A stretch of 64,000 bases of DNA, taken from sequence record MF547662.1. One strand, written 5' to 3'. Below are positions 10,843 through 22,400 of the stretch, piece by piece. The notes under the pieces were generated by a model, which saw only the letters and a list, made by a program, of their open reading frames with translations, was not told the origin of the DNA and searched no databases. How positions within the stretch are numbered: position 1 is the stretch's first letter; every line of letters starts with the position of its first letter. A program made the position numbers and the translations under genes. Source of the stretch: Clostridioides phage LIBA6276.

Positions 10843-11661
10843 ATGAAAAGATTTGCAGTGAAAGATGCAGGTAATGTAATAGTAAAAAATAAAGTAACAG
10901 GAGAAGTATTGTTTTATTCACAGGATTTAAATGCTTTTAATTTTAAGATGGATTCAGAATCAGTTTATGCAAAAGCTAAAGGTGCAAATACAATAGCTTT
11001 TGATGGAGCAATAACAGCAAGTTTAACAATGGAACAAGAAGTAATACAAATGGCACAATTAGCGATGTTATTATCTTCTGATATAGATGAGAAAACTGCA
11101 AAGGTTGGGAAAAGAAAAGTATTAACATCTGATAGTACTAAGAAAGTTACTTTAGAAAATATAAAGCCAGTTGCAAATAGCATATCTGTATATAGTATAG
11201 AAAGTGATGGAATATCTATAATTAAAAAATTACAATTCACTTCATCAGTTACAGGAGCTAATACAGAAATAACAATATCTACAGCCGATTTTAATGCGGG
11301 AGATAAAGTAGCAGTATTCTATTTAGAAGAAATACCAAAAGCAAAAGTTGTAAAAATAAAAGAAGAATCTACTGCACCAAATTACGTTGTAGAAGCTGAG
11401 GTAATGGTTAAAACTGTGGATGGTGAATATATGGTTTTATACATGAGTGTTCCAAATGCAAAAGCACAAAGAAGTATAGAGTTAAATCTTACTGCTGAGA
11501 ATCCATCTGGATTTAATATGACATTAGATGTTTTACCAGATGAAAATAAAGAGTATGCTACATTCACATTTATAGGAGATGAAAATCTTAATCCTGCTAG
11601 AATGGCTTCAATGCTAGGTGTTGAATTAGAAGATGAAAAAGATACTAAACCTAAGAAATAG
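10843..11661 (+). CDS. putative major tail protein
   Basis: 272 aa; preceded by terminator/promoter motif shared with capsid gene and followed by strong terminator (11667-11699), i.e. highly expressed; position before tail assembly genes. Confidence 0.4.
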   Translation: MKRFAVKDAGNVIVKNKVTGEVLFYSQDLNAFNFKMDSESVYAKAKGANTIAFDGAITASLTMEQEVIQMAQLAMLLSSDIDEKTAKVGKRKVLTSDSTKKVTLENIKPVANSISVYSIESDGISIIKKLQFTSSVTGANTEITISTADFNAGDKVAVFYLEEIPKAKVVKIKEESTAPNYVVEAEVMVKTVDGEYMVLYMSVPNAKAQRSIELNLTAENPSGFNMTLDVLPDENKEYATFTFIGDENLNPARMASMLGVELEDEKDTKPKK

Positions 11662-11666
11662 TAAAA

Positions 11667-11699
11667 TGCCCTACTCAAAAGAGTAGGGGTTATTTTTTT
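11667..11699 (+). terminator. rho-independent terminator
   Basis: CCTACTC aaaa GAGTAGG then T9. Confidence 0.6.
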
Positions 11700-11758
11700 A
11701 CGTTTAAATCTGGTTTTAATCGGATTTGAACTTAAAAAAAATGAAAGAAGGTGATAAA

Positions 11759-12544
11759 GTGGTATTTTTAGATGATAAGTTTTTATTTGATAATATTTCA
11801 AGTGAATCCATGAACATTAAATTAGTTACTTTAGGTGATGATGAAATACTAAATGAATATGGATTGCCCTACGAAGAAGCGATTAAATCTGATAGTACTT
11901 TTAATAAAAATCCTTGTTACTCAGAGGATGAAACTACTATTGAACCTATAACACTACAATTCTGTTTGTGTAGCGAACATGGGGAGGCTTATGAGTGGGA
12001 TGACTATACGCTAGAAAACATATGTAATTGGTTTTGGCAGAGAGAATTTAAACCTTTTATCAGTTATGACAATATAGAAGAAATATACTATCTCAAAGCG
12101 AGAAAGATAATAAAAAGATATACAAAAGATAAAAAAGGTGTATTAGAAATAGAGTTTCAACCATATACAAATTATGCTTATAGAAGCTTTCAAAAAGTTA
12201 TAACTGTCAAGGATACAAGGGAAATTAAACTAAATAATGTGTCTAATGTAGATGAAGAATATGCTCCAGTAATTGATATTGAATGTCTAAAAGAAGGAGA
12301 TATAACTATTAGAAATTCTACTATCAGCGATAATGAAGAAGACAATTTAGTTATAAGTGGATTAGAATTAAATGAAAAAATAACAATAGATAATTTATAC
12401 TATACTGTTTTAAATAGTTCTGGTGAGAATAGGTTTAATATTGTTAATAGAAAGTGGATTAGGTTAAGAAGAGGTGTAAATATATTGAAGTTTACTGGAA
12501 ACTGTAAAGTTTCTATTAAGTGTAAATATCCAATAATAAAATAA
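11759..12544 (+). CDS. hypothetical tail protein
   Basis: probable GTG start at 11759 after GAAGGTGATAAA (same RBS context as genes at 37583, 48791, 50866); 261 aa. Confidence 0.3.
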   Translation: MVFLDDKFLFDNISSESMNIKLVTLGDDEILNEYGLPYEEAIKSDSTFNKNPCYSEDETTIEPITLQFCLCSEHGEAYEWDDYTLENICNWFWQREFKPFISYDNIEEIYYLKARKIIKRYTKDKKGVLEIEFQPYTNYAYRSFQKVITVKDTREIKLNNVSNVDEEYAPVIDIECLKEGDITIRNSTISDNEEDNLVISGLELNEKITIDNLYYTVLNSSGENRFNIVNRKWIRLRRGVNILKFTGNCKVSIKCKYPIIK

Positions 12545-12557
12545 GGGAGAGATAGAT

Positions 12558-13007
12558 ATGAATAAAATACAAGTAGATAAATTAATACAAGATGAAGTTA
12601 GGGCTATAATACCAATTATAGATGAGAATGGTAAAGAGGAATATATAGAAGTTAGAAATCCTGATAAGGAGACTAAAGAAGAGATATTAAATAAAATATG
12701 GGTTGGTATGGAGAATCCAGATTTAGCATTATCTCAAGAAGATATTCTTAAAATGTTAGTTGATAAGTTAACTAATATAGAGTTAAATATTGATATACAA
12801 GATGTGATAGATGGTAATATATCTAGTGAGTTAGAAACTACGATGTATTACATAGGTCAAATAGAAAATGAATTAACTGCATCTTTATTAATGAACACTG
12901 ATGTTAAGTTAGGTCAGATGAAGAATGAGATATTACAGGATAGAGTTTTAAAAGAAACTGAAGAAATTGAAAAGATGAATAATATTAAAGATAAGGTAGT
13001 GAATTAG
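12558..13007 (+). CDS. hypothetical protein, possible tail assembly chaperone
   Basis: 149 aa acidic protein in chaperone position; no slippery site identified. Confidence 0.25.
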   Translation: MNKIQVDKLIQDEVRAIIPIIDENGKEEYIEVRNPDKETKEEILNKIWVGMENPDLALSQEDILKMLVDKLTNIELNIDIQDVIDGNISSELETTMYYIGQIENELTASLLMNTDVKLGQMKNEILQDRVLKETEEIEKMNNIKDKVVN

Positions 13008-13445
13008 ATGGAATTTAAATCATTAGATGAACTAGTTGCCTATACAAAAAATAAGATTGCTGCATCTATGCCAGAAGTTGGAAAAGAAATGAAAGAGATA
13101 GTAAAAGGAGAAGTAAACAAACAAGTTTATTCTAATTACGCTCCATCACTTTATGATAGGACTTATGAATTGCTTAATGCAATAGATGTGTCTGAAATAA
13201 CATCAAATTCTGTAGCTACAGAAATTAAAGATAGTGGGAGTTGGTTTGATATATATAGCAAAGCACATGCTTTTCCAATGGAGCGATTTGAAAATGGAGG
13301 CGTGTGGGGACATGGAAGTACTAAATATAACCCTGTATTTAGACCTAGAACAAATATAATGGAGGAAAGTAATTCTAAGGCACAAGAGAGAGTACCTAAG
13401 TGTTTTAAATCAACTATGAATAGATTGGGAGTGCCAATAGAATAG
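13008..13445 (+). CDS. hypothetical protein
   Basis: 145 aa, start abuts previous stop (TAGATG). Confidence 0.3.
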   Translation: MEFKSLDELVAYTKNKIAASMPEVGKEMKEIVKGEVNKQVYSNYAPSLYDRTYELLNAIDVSEITSNSVATEIKDSGSWFDIYSKAHAFPMERFENGGVWGHGSTKYNPVFRPRTNIMEESNSKAQERVPKCFKSTMNRLGVPIE

Positions 13446-13668
13446 TATAAAAGATTTCCTATGCACATTTTCTTAAAATAAATAAAATTTAAAAATATAT
13501 TGTAAAAGATGAAAAAGTATGATACTATTTAAAAATAGAGAATTAATATGCTAATCATATTTTTAATGTATAAATTATTGTGTTGATTCTAACAACTAAA
13601 TAAAATGCAAAACAATAATTAAAAATATGAAAAATGATGGTTAAATTTTAGAAAAAGGAGATGTGCAT

Positions 13669-14498
13669 ATGGAAAATGAAAAAAGAAATGAAGTATTTTC
13701 AAATGAAGAGCTGGGGTAAATGTTAGGACTATAAGTTACGAAGATGGAAGTATAGGTATTAATGCTGAAGATACAGCGATTGGATTTGGTTGGTGCAAGA
13801 TAGAGAAAAAAGGAGAAAAAGAATATAAGTCAGTAAGATGGAAAAGAATGAATGAATTTTCTAAGGAGTTTGGTTTCGACCACTTGTGGTCGAAAGATGA
13901 TTACATATCAGAATCACTTTTCTATATGTTAGGTATGAAAGCTAAAAATGAAGCAGCAGTAAAATTTCAAAAATGGTTAGCAATAGATATAATTCCAACC
14001 ATTCGTAAGCATGGAGCTTATATGACTGATACAAAGATAGAAGAAATACTATCTAATCCAGATACAATTATTAAATTAGCAACTGACTTAAAAAAAGAGA
14101 GAGAAAAGAGAAAAGCTTTAGAAATAACAAATAATAAACAACAACAAATCATAGGTGAACTTAAACCAAAAGCAGACTATACATATTTGATACTTAGAAA
14201 TGAAGGATTAGTAACCATAACTCAAATAGCTAAAGATTATGGGATGAGTGGTAAAGCTATGAATAACAAACTGAATGAGTTAGGAATACAGTTCAAACAG
14301 AGTGGACAATGGTTATTGTATAGTGACCATCAGGCTAAAGGATATACCCATTCTGACACAATAGATATTGTAAGAGCTGATGGAACACATGATGTTAAGA
14401 TGAATACTAAATGGACTCAAAAAGGAAGATTAATGATATATAAGAAACTTAAATCAATAGGCATATTGCCTGTCATAGAACTTAGTGAAGTTTGCTAG
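13669..14498 (+). pseudogene. Bro-N / KilA-C (ORF6C) antirepressor-like paralog with apparent frameshift
   Basis: ATG 13669 gives MENEKRNEVFSNEELG then stop; the Bro-N continuation (VRTISYEDGSIGINAEDTAIGFGW...) is in another frame, running into ORF 13848-14498 which carries the KilA-C-type motif WLAIDIIPTIRKHGAYMTD; paralogs at 14654 and 23505 are intact. Confidence 0.45.
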
Positions 14499-14594
14499 GT
14501 CGTCTCAAAATACATGTTAAGGTTTAATAAAAAGAATTCAAAGATATAAGATAATATTGATAACTACATAATAAGAATATTGCTAGAGAGATTA

Positions 14595-14641
14595 GCATGC
14601 AGAATCAATATTATTCTAATCTCTCTAGTTAAAATAAATAG
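14595..14641. promoter_or_regulatory. 13-bp-arm inverted repeat CTAGAGAGATTAG..CTAATCTCTCTAG between Bro paralogs
   Basis: perfect palindrome arms read from sequence; shorter copy at 15494-15537. Confidence 0.4.
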
Positions 14642-14653
14642 GGAGATGTGTAT

Positions 14654-15439
14654 ATGGAAAATGAAATGAAAGTAGAAGTCTTTAAAAATGAGCAGTTTGG
14701 TGAAATTAGAGTGTTAGAAAAAGGTGGAGAACCTTGGTTTGTGGGAAAAGATGTAGCTGAAATGTTAGGATATTCCAATTCAAGAGATGCCTTAAAAAAG
14801 CATATCGACGAAGAGGATAAGGGGGTAGCGAAATGCGACACCCTTAGAGGAAGACAAATTTTAACAATTATTAATGAAAGTGGATTATATAGTTTAATCT
14901 TAAGTTCTAAGTTGGCAGAAGCTAAAAAATTCAAAAGATGGGTGACAAATGAAGTATTACCTACAATAAGGAGACATGGAGCATACCTGACAGATGATAA
15001 GATAGAGGAAATATTATCCAATCCAGATACAATTATAAAACTGGCTACAGAATTAAAAGAAAAGAGAGAAAAAATAAAACAATTAGAAACAGAAGTTGTC
15101 CATAAAGAAGATGTGATAATTGGATTAGTTGAAGATATAAGTTTAGCAGAGAAAAGACAAAGAATTAATCAGATAGTTAAATATAAGGTAGAGCCTAAGA
15201 ATTTCAGTAAGAGATGGAATTTGTTATATGACGAATTTGAGAAAAAATATCATCTTGATTTGAAAAGAAGAATTAATAATTGTGATATAAAACCTAAAAT
15301 TAGAAATAAGATAGATTATATAGATAGAGAAATGAGTATGATTCCTCAATTGTATGAGATAACATGTAAACTGTTTGAAAATGATGTGGAAGAATTAAAA
15401 AATGAATGGATTTCTGTTATAGAAGAAAAAGTTTGTTAG
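14654..15439 (+). CDS. phage antirepressor-like protein, Bro-N + KilA-C domains
   Basis: N-terminus EVFKNEQFGEIRVL..PWFVGKDVAEMLGY (Bro-N) and KRWVTNEVLPTIRRHGAYLTD (KilA-C/ORF6C) motifs; RBS AGGGAG. Confidence 0.6.
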   Translation: MENEMKVEVFKNEQFGEIRVLEKGGEPWFVGKDVAEMLGYSNSRDALKKHIDEEDKGVAKCDTLRGRQILTIINESGLYSLILSSKLAEAKKFKRWVTNEVLPTIRRHGAYLTDDKIEEILSNPDTIIKLATELKEKREKIKQLETEVVHKEDVIIGLVEDISLAEKRQRINQIVKYKVEPKNFSKRWNLLYDEFEKKYHLDLKRRINNCDIKPKIRNKIDYIDREMSMIPQLYEITCKLFENDVEELKNEWISVIEEKVC

Positions 15440-15567
15440 ATTTAGATGTGACAAATAGTCACTTATGAGATAGCATTGATAATTGAATAATAAGGCTAGA
15501 GAGATTAGTCTAATATCATTGTTATTCTAATCTCTTAAACTAAATAAAATGAAAAGGAGATTGGAAT

Positions 15568-16281
15568 ATGGGAAATTTAATGGTGTTTGAAGGTAAAGAA
15601 GTTGAAGTATTTGAGTTTGAAGGAAAGATTTTATTCAATCCTAAACATGTGGCAGAATGTTTAGAGATTTCAGATGTTAACAGCAGTATTAGAAAATTTA
15701 ATGATAATCAGGTAGTTAAACTGACTAATTCAGATATGCACAATATGCATATCCGAAAATTAAATAATGCAGGAGAGAAATTTCTTACAGAAAGTGGAGT
15801 ATACAAACTAATATTTAAGTCTAAAAAGAAAGAAGCAGAAAAATTTCAAGATTGGGTAATGGATGAGGTATTGCCATCTATTCGTAAAACAGGTACATAT
15901 AATATAAATCAAAATTATCTATTAGAAATGATACAAGGTGGTATTATGGGAGGTCTTAAATCTGTAGCACAATATGTAGATGACAGATTTAATGGAATTG
16001 AAGAAAGTAATAATCGAAAAATTAATGAGATAGAAAGTCTAATTGGACTTAGAGCCAAGAATGTAACCATGTTATCAAAATTATTAAAATTAAAATTGTC
16101 TTATATTAGAGGATACAATGTTAAGGCAAATGATTATGATTATAAGGCTACAACAACTAAAATATTCTTCAGATATAATGTGAATAAGTGGGAGGATATA
16201 CCAGCATCTAAATTTAATGAAGTTTATGACATAATTAATAATTTAGAAAACATTGATGATGTATATACATGGAAAAATTAG
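15568..16281 (+). CDS. Bro-N domain protein (antirepressor-like paralog)
   Basis: EVFEFEGKILFNPKHVAECLEI ... FQDWVMDEVLPSIRKTGTY motifs; RBS AAAGGAG. Confidence 0.5.
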   Translation: MGNLMVFEGKEVEVFEFEGKILFNPKHVAECLEISDVNSSIRKFNDNQVVKLTNSDMHNMHIRKLNNAGEKFLTESGVYKLIFKSKKKEAEKFQDWVMDEVLPSIRKTGTYNINQNYLLEMIQGGIMGGLKSVAQYVDDRFNGIEESNNRKINEIESLIGLRAKNVTMLSKLLKLKLSYIRGYNVKANDYDYKATTTKIFFRYNVNKWEDIPASKFNEVYDIINNLENIDDVYTWKN

Positions 16282-16330
16282 AAAATACCCACAGTTGGGG
16301 ATTTTGGAAATATGACATAAATATAATAAG

Positions 16331-16375
16331 ATTAGTAGCTCTTATAGATTTTTAAATAAAATAAGAGCTACTAAT
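16331..16375. terminator. 15-bp-arm hairpin ATTAGTAGCTCTTAT/ATAAGAGCTACTAAT
   Basis: perfect inverted repeat downstream of the Bro cluster. Confidence 0.45.
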
Positions 16376-16573
16376 CTTATTATATTTGTAGAATATAGAA
16401 TATTATATATAAATTTATAAAAAACAAATAAAATGATAAAAAACAAAAATAAATAACATATTATTACATATTTTTCCATTTTAATTATTTTGAAAAAGTG
16501 TTAGAATTTGTATAACAAATAATAATTCCGGAAAGACTTGTTTGAACTTTATAGCAATATTGGAGGTATTATT

Positions 16574-17278
16574 ATGTTTAAAATAATTATATGTGAAGAT
16601 GAAGAAATTCAAAGAAAAATAATGTTTGAATATATAGAGATTTTCTTTAAAAAAGATATTGAATATGAAATTATTTGTTTTAATAATGGAGAAGAATTAA
16701 TAAATAATTATATTAAAGCAGATATAATTTTTATGGACATAGGATTTAAAGGTATGAATGGCTTAGAAGCAGCAAAAGAAATAAGAAAAATAGATAAGGA
16801 TGTTGTTATAATATTTGCAACAGCTTTCGTATCGTATGCTACAGAAGGTTATGATGTTAGAGCTTTTAGCTATTTACTAAAACCTATAGCATATAATTCT
16901 TTTGAAAAAATAATGTCAAAATATTTCATTGAGAGGTCTGAAGAAAAGAAATTAATAGAATTTAAAATAAAAGATGAAACAAAAGTAATAAAATTAGAAG
17001 AGATAATATGTATAGAGAGTTTAGGTAAATATATAAAGATTCATACTAAGACTGAAAGTTTTTTTACTGCAATTAAAATCAAAAGGATTGAAGAGAAACT
17101 TTCTAGTAAAATATTCTTTCGATGTCATAAAAGTTTTTTAATAAATTTATTAGAAGTTAGAAATTATAACAGGAAAGAAGTTATTTTAGGTGATAGAAAG
17201 ATAAAAGCTACAATTTCTTATAGAAAATATAACAATTTTAAAAAGAGTCTCACTTCTTTTCTATGTGATAGATTTTGA
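16574..17278 (+). CDS. LytTR-family (AgrA-like) response regulator, orphan
   Basis: receiver-like N-terminus (ICEDEE..IIFMDIGF..G..G) plus C-terminal LytTR DNA-binding pattern (IEFK..IKLEEIICIES..KYIKIHTK..); RBS GGAGG; no kinase gene adjacent. Confidence 0.7.
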   Translation: MFKIIICEDEEIQRKIMFEYIEIFFKKDIEYEIICFNNGEELINNYIKADIIFMDIGFKGMNGLEAAKEIRKIDKDVVIIFATAFVSYATEGYDVRAFSYLLKPIAYNSFEKIMSKYFIERSEEKKLIEFKIKDETKVIKLEEIICIESLGKYIKIHTKTESFFTAIKIKRIEEKLSSKIFFRCHKSFLINLLEVRNYNRKEVILGDRKIKATISYRKYNNFKKSLTSFLCDRF

Positions 17279-17513
17279 ATAAAATAAATTATTTATAATT
17301 ATAAAATGAATAAAATTATTCTTGAAATTGCGTTTATACCGTTTTCCTATGCGTTCATTCCTTTTCACTTGATTTTCTACTGAAAAGAAATTATTATATA
17401 ATTAAAAGATACGTATCCTATTTAAAAGAGAAACTTATCAAAAATAAATTATTAAAGATAAGTTTCGAGATTATTTAGTATTTTTAAGTACATTTTATAG
17501 GGGGATGACGTAT

Positions 17514-17873
17514 ATGGAAAATTTTAAAAAAGATTTTGTGAAAAGTATGGGTATAATTAAATCATCTGAAATATTTCAAGGAAATATATTAGAGAAAAAT
17601 GAGCAAAGACTTGAGATGATTGAATATACGAAGCGAGATATTAATTTACTGACTAAAATTAAACATCTTTTTGAAAATATAAATGAATGTAATTTACAAG
17701 ATGCACAATACATAATAGAAAATGAATTGTTTTATGAAAGAGTTTCAATTCATACAATAAATAAATATATAAATAAATTTGGTGATATAAATGATTTTAA
17801 ATATGCATATAGATTGAAAGCAAAAAACGGGTTTAGGAGGACTATGGATTATTTAGTTAGAAAAAAGCATTAA
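17514..17873 (+). CDS. hypothetical protein
   Basis: ATG 17514 after AGGGGGATG RBS; 119 aa. Confidence 0.3.
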   Translation: MENFKKDFVKSMGIIKSSEIFQGNILEKNEQRLEMIEYTKRDINLLTKIKHLFENINECNLQDAQYIIENELFYERVSIHTINKYINKFGDINDFKYAYRLKAKNGFRRTMDYLVRKKH

Positions 17874-17934
17874 GATAATTAAATTTGTATATATTAGAGG
17901 CAATCTAAATTGATTGTCTTTTTTTTATTAAATA

Positions 17935-17982
17935 ATTTATGTTGCAGTTATTTAAATGATGACAGAGATATGACAAGGATAA
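17935..17982 (+). repeat. conserved 48-bp element, copy 1 (ATTTATGTTG-C/T-AGTTATTT..AATGATGACA-N5-ATGACAAG-G/T-ATAA)
   Basis: three copies (17935, 18514, core only at 22748); contains tandem 11-bp direct repeat ATGACAnnnnT/ATGACAAGnAT. Confidence 0.6.
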
Positions 17983-18025
17983 TTATAAGCATAAATATTT
18001 TGTTTTACATTAAGGAGGTGTGAAT

Positions 18026-18313
18026 ATGGAGTTAATATTTAAATTTAAGGATGTTCATGAATGTGTAGATTTTACTAAGGAGTTTAATCGTATTTATGCA
18101 AATAAAGAAAACTTCAAAAATAGATTGTTATTCAATAAAGTCAATATTCCAAAACATTTAATATATAATTATGATGATGATATTTGGACTGGAGATATAA
18201 TTAAAATGGCTAATCAGGCAAAGAAAAATGATTATAGCTTCTTTATGTTTAACAATATAATTTATTTTATAGATGATGAATGTATAAGTTATAAGATAGG
18301 TTTTAGAGATTAA
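18026..18313 (+). CDS. hypothetical protein
   Basis: ATG 18026 after AAGGAGGTG, 95 aa, ~45 bp downstream of repeat copy 1. Confidence 0.35.
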   Translation: MELIFKFKDVHECVDFTKEFNRIYANKENFKNRLLFNKVNIPKHLIYNYDDDIWTGDIIKMANQAKKNDYSFFMFNNIIYFIDDECISYKIGFRD

Positions 18314-18513
18314 ATTGTAAAATTTATAAGACGTTTATTATTATATTAATATAGATAAGGCGAGTGGCCATAGTACACCTTTAAGGTGTGGAGATAGAAT
18401 AAACCTTTTATTATTATAAGATAATAGAAGGTTTATTCTATTGTAATATAAATATCAAGATGTATTAATAAATATTAAAGATAATCAATTTAGATTGTTT
18501 TTTAAATTGAATC

Positions 18514-18561
18514 ATTTATGTTGTAGTTATTTCAATGATGACATGTGTATGACAAGTATAA
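18514..18561 (+). repeat. conserved 48-bp element, copy 2
   Basis: ATTTATGTTGTAGTTATTTCAATGATGACATGTGTATGACAAGTATAA. Confidence 0.6.
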
Positions 18562-18680
18562 GATACTTGGAAATATTGAAGGACATATAATACTAGATAT
18601 TATTAAAAGTAATAAATAGTCGTTGCTATTGGCGACTTTGAGAAGTATAATTTTCTTTTATTAATTATGGAGGTGAAAAT

Positions 18681-18839
18681 ATGAGTCAACATAAAATAAA
18701 ACCAATTCAGGCAACACCTGAATTATCAGGTAAAGACGCTGAATTATTTATAAGGCAAGTATTCAGTAAACCAAGTCAAAAGGAAATAGAAAGAAATGAA
18801 AGACTTTTAAACATTATAACCTCGTGTAAGACTCTTTAA
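18681..18839 (+). CDS. small ORF (52 aa), below ORF-track cutoff
   Basis: ATG with GGAGGTG RBS 7 nt upstream; downstream of repeat copy 2. Confidence 0.3.
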   Translation: MSQHKIKPIQATPELSGKDAELFIRQVFSKPSQKEIERNERLLNIITSCKTL

Positions 18840-19149
18840 GGCTTTGCAAAAATTATCACTTGTGTTTATGCCTTGATTACTTAGAATCGAACATAAGAGG
18901 TTAATTTTTATGACTGAAAGTATTAGAATTCCAACAAGTGTTCCTGAGAGGAACATTTTGTTTGGTGTTTAGCTACTATAAGAGCTTATTTTAATTTTGA
19001 GTGTGATGGGATTGAGGAGCTATTACTTGAGAGTAGATGATTTACTGGAATGGTTTATCATGTGAATTAAATTCCGTAGCTTCTAACTAGCCTTAAGTTT
19101 AAGGGTTACCTATTTATAAAAAATGACAGATAATGAGATTTAATATGTA

Positions 19150-19235
19150 GTCAAAGATGTAGTAGAAAAAATAGGATATAAAGATGTATCTGACACCTTG
19201 AAAAACATATTGATGAAAAAGTTAAAAATATTAAG
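19150..19235 (+). pseudogene. degenerate Bro-N gene remnant
   Basis: translates VVEKIGYKDVSDTLKNIL.., cf. VAEMLGYSNSRDALKKHI in intact paralogs; surrounding frames are broken; followed by terminator 19232-19258. Confidence 0.35.
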
Positions 19236-19471
19236 GCAGCTTATATAGCTGTCTTTTTTGTATAGAATAAAAAAGTTTATTATAACAGATAGTTATTATT
19301 TTATTAGTGTGTTACCAAGAATAAATTCCTTTTATCTAATATTTATTACAAATAATATATATTTTTATCTAATGAATGATTTTATATTTTAGTGTAAATT
19401 GGTATATTTTACCATTTACACTTGATATAATAAAAAATATAAACTATTTAAATAGAATTAGGGGGAATTGT

Positions 19472-22400
19472 ATGGAAAAGTATCTTTTTAATCAAAAACT
19501 ATTAAAAGAAAAATATAATATGGAAATAGACCTAGACTTATATGACTATAAACAAAGACGATTAATTTTAGAAAAATGGAGAGATATAATTGATAATAAA
19601 TCTATTGATAAATTAAATGAAATTCAACTTAAGGAAATATTTGTATCGGATATTTTAAACAAAGTTCTTAGGTATAAAAGTCTTACGGACAATATAATGG
19701 ATTATAATATAAAACCAGAAGAAAAAACTAAGATTGATGGAACAAGAGCTGATATTGTACTAGGCTATTTTTCTAATGAAGAAAGTGACTATAGAGTAGC
19801 AATAGAATTAAAAAAACCAACAACTAATTTAGATGCAAAACAACTAAGAAAAAACAATCATAATACACCAGTAGAACAAGGGTTTTCTTACTTGCCTAAA
19901 TATGGAAGAAATTGCACATGGCTTATTGTCTCTAACTTCAAGGAAATTAGATTGTATAATGCTAATGATGCTACAGAGTATGAATTTTTTTCTATTAAAG
20001 ATATATATGAAAAAGATGATGTATTTAAAAAATTTTTATATCTTTTGTCATCTAAATCTTTAATGACCAAACATGGAAAATCTAGGGTTGAAGTACTTTG
20101 GGAAGAGAATATAAAGCAAGAGGAAGCCATAGAAAAAGGTTTTTATGACCTATATAAAAATACTAGATTAAATTTATTTAATGATATACTTTTAAATAAT
20201 AAAGATATTTTGGATGTAAAAACTTGTTTAACAAAGACACAAAAAATATTAGATAGAGTTATATTTGTTTGTTTTGCAGAACATAAAGGATTAATACCAG
20301 AGAATATCTTTGAAACATGTATTCAAGTAGGGAAAAAAAGTGTATCTAGGTTTGGAGTCTGGGAACAAGTAAAGGGTCTGTTTGAATCTATAGATTTAGG
20401 TAATCAGGAAAAGGGCATAAATCAATTTAATGGAGGTTTATTTGCAGAAGATTATATTTTGAATAATCTAAAGATACCAAATAAATGTTTCGAGAATTTA
20501 TACAAGTTATCTTTATATGATTTTAACAGTGATTTAAATGAAAATATATTAGGGCATATATTTGAAAAATCTATATCTGACTTAGAAGAACTAAAACTAG
20601 AAATAAATCAAGTTAATATTAAGAAAAAAGATAGTAAGAGAAACAAAGATGGGATATTTTATACTCCCAAATACATAACGAAACATATTGTTAATAACAC
20701 CATAAGAAGATATTTAGATGAGAAGAAAAAAGAATTAGGCGAAGATAAACTTCCAGAACTAAAAGAAGAAGATTATGAAACAGTTGTGGTTGGTAGGAAT
20801 ATACAGCATAAGCGTGTACAAGTTGTAGAATATAAAACTGATAAAATTCAAAAATATATAAACTTTTGGAAAAATTATAGAGACGTTGTAAAAAATATAA
20901 AAATTTTAGACCCAGCTTGTGGAAGTGGAGCTTTTTTGAATGAGGCTTTTTCTATGTTAAAAAAAGAAGCTGAATCAGTAAACGAAATACTTCGTGATTT
21001 AACCGATGGTGAGATATCATTTTTTGACTTAGATGCTAATATATTAAAAAATAATTTATATGGAGTTGATTTGAATGAAGAATCTGTGGAAATAACTAAA
21101 TTGTCTTTATGGCTTAAAACAGCTAACAAGTATAGTTTATTAACTAGCTTAGATAATAATATAAAATGTGGAAATTCTATTATTGATAACAAAGAGGTTG
21201 ATTGTGCTAAAGCTTTTGATTGGAATGTTGAATTTGAAGATGTAATGATGTCAGGAGGGTTTGATATTATTATTGGAAATCCTCCATATGTTTCAACTAA
21301 AATGATTCCAGAAAAGCACAGAGAATATTATTGGAAAAAATATAAAGATTTACTAATTAGTGAAATGGATTTATATGAATTATTTTTATATGAGTTTTGC
21401 GAAAATAAATTAAAGCAAGATGGATTTTTGGGATTTATAACACCTAATACGTATTTCACAAATAAAAGCTTTGAAAATTTAAGAAAATATTTACTTAAAA
21501 ATGTATGTGTTGATACTATTTTAGACTTTCCATATAGATTTTTTCCTTTTGAGGATGTAAACAAGGAAACCGCTATAATTATAATTAATAAAAAATTGCC
21601 GAATATTAAAAATAATATAAATCTTATAAGTATAAATAAAGAAAATATGAAAAAGATTAAGATTTTCAATAGTAATACATACAACTCTGAAAATAAAATT
21701 ACTATAAAAAGTATTATAAATGATTTGGATAATAAAATTGTGATACAAAGCAACCCAATAATATTAAAAATGCTCAAATGTAAGCATAAATTAGGGGATT
21801 ATTTAAATTTACATAAAGGTTGGATGAGTGTCCCTAATAAAACAATTTGTGATGGAATTATATATGATAAGAAAATATTAAGTAGTAATGATATAAAAGA
21901 TAATAACCAATTAAATGGAATTTTAAATAAATGTTTGGAAGGTAAGGATATACATAGATACTATATTGATAAAGTAGATAAATTTGTAAATATTGAAAAC
22001 ATGGATGACAAAACTATGAGGTGGCACAAATCACCTAAGATAATAACACAAAGAATAGTTGGTCAAAATCAAAATAAGATAATTGCAACAGTAGATATTG
22101 AAGGTACTATAATATTCCCTAGTGGAAATATCATAAATTTAATTAAAGAAGATAATTTGGAAGATATATATTTTTATATAGGAGTTATAAATTCTAGTTT
22201 AATAAATTACTTTTATAATAAATTTTATGGAGAATCAAATACCAACTTGACAGCAGATGCAGTAAAAAATATACCAATACCAAATTTAAAAAATGTTGAT
22301 AAATCAATTATTATAAATAATAGTAAAATACTAATAAATAAATATGGTAAATTATACTTATACACTAATAAATTTTTGAAAAATGTATTTAAGATATTGA

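Noticed and set aside
12558-13445. Canonical G/GT tail chaperone pair with programmed -1 frameshift
   Set aside because: The two small ORFs are separated by stop/start (TAGATG) without overlap, and no heptanucleotide slippery site was seen near the end of the first ORF.
16574-18313. Complete agr quorum-sensing locus
   Set aside because: Only a LytTR regulator is present. No AgrB-like membrane protease, AgrD propeptide or AgrC kinase ORFs are nearby.
18340-18440. Stable hairpins (GAATAAACCTT..AAGGTTTATTC) as a small RNA gene
   Set aside because: There is no adjacent promoter or T-run, and it lies in a region of degenerate gene remnants, so evidence is insufficient. It is noted only as a structure.
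18895-19130. Short ORF MTESIRIPTSVPERNILFGV and neighbouring fragments
   Set aside because: There is no RBS, and it is interrupted by stops in all frames nearby. It is likely decayed sequence adjacent to the Bro-N remnant.
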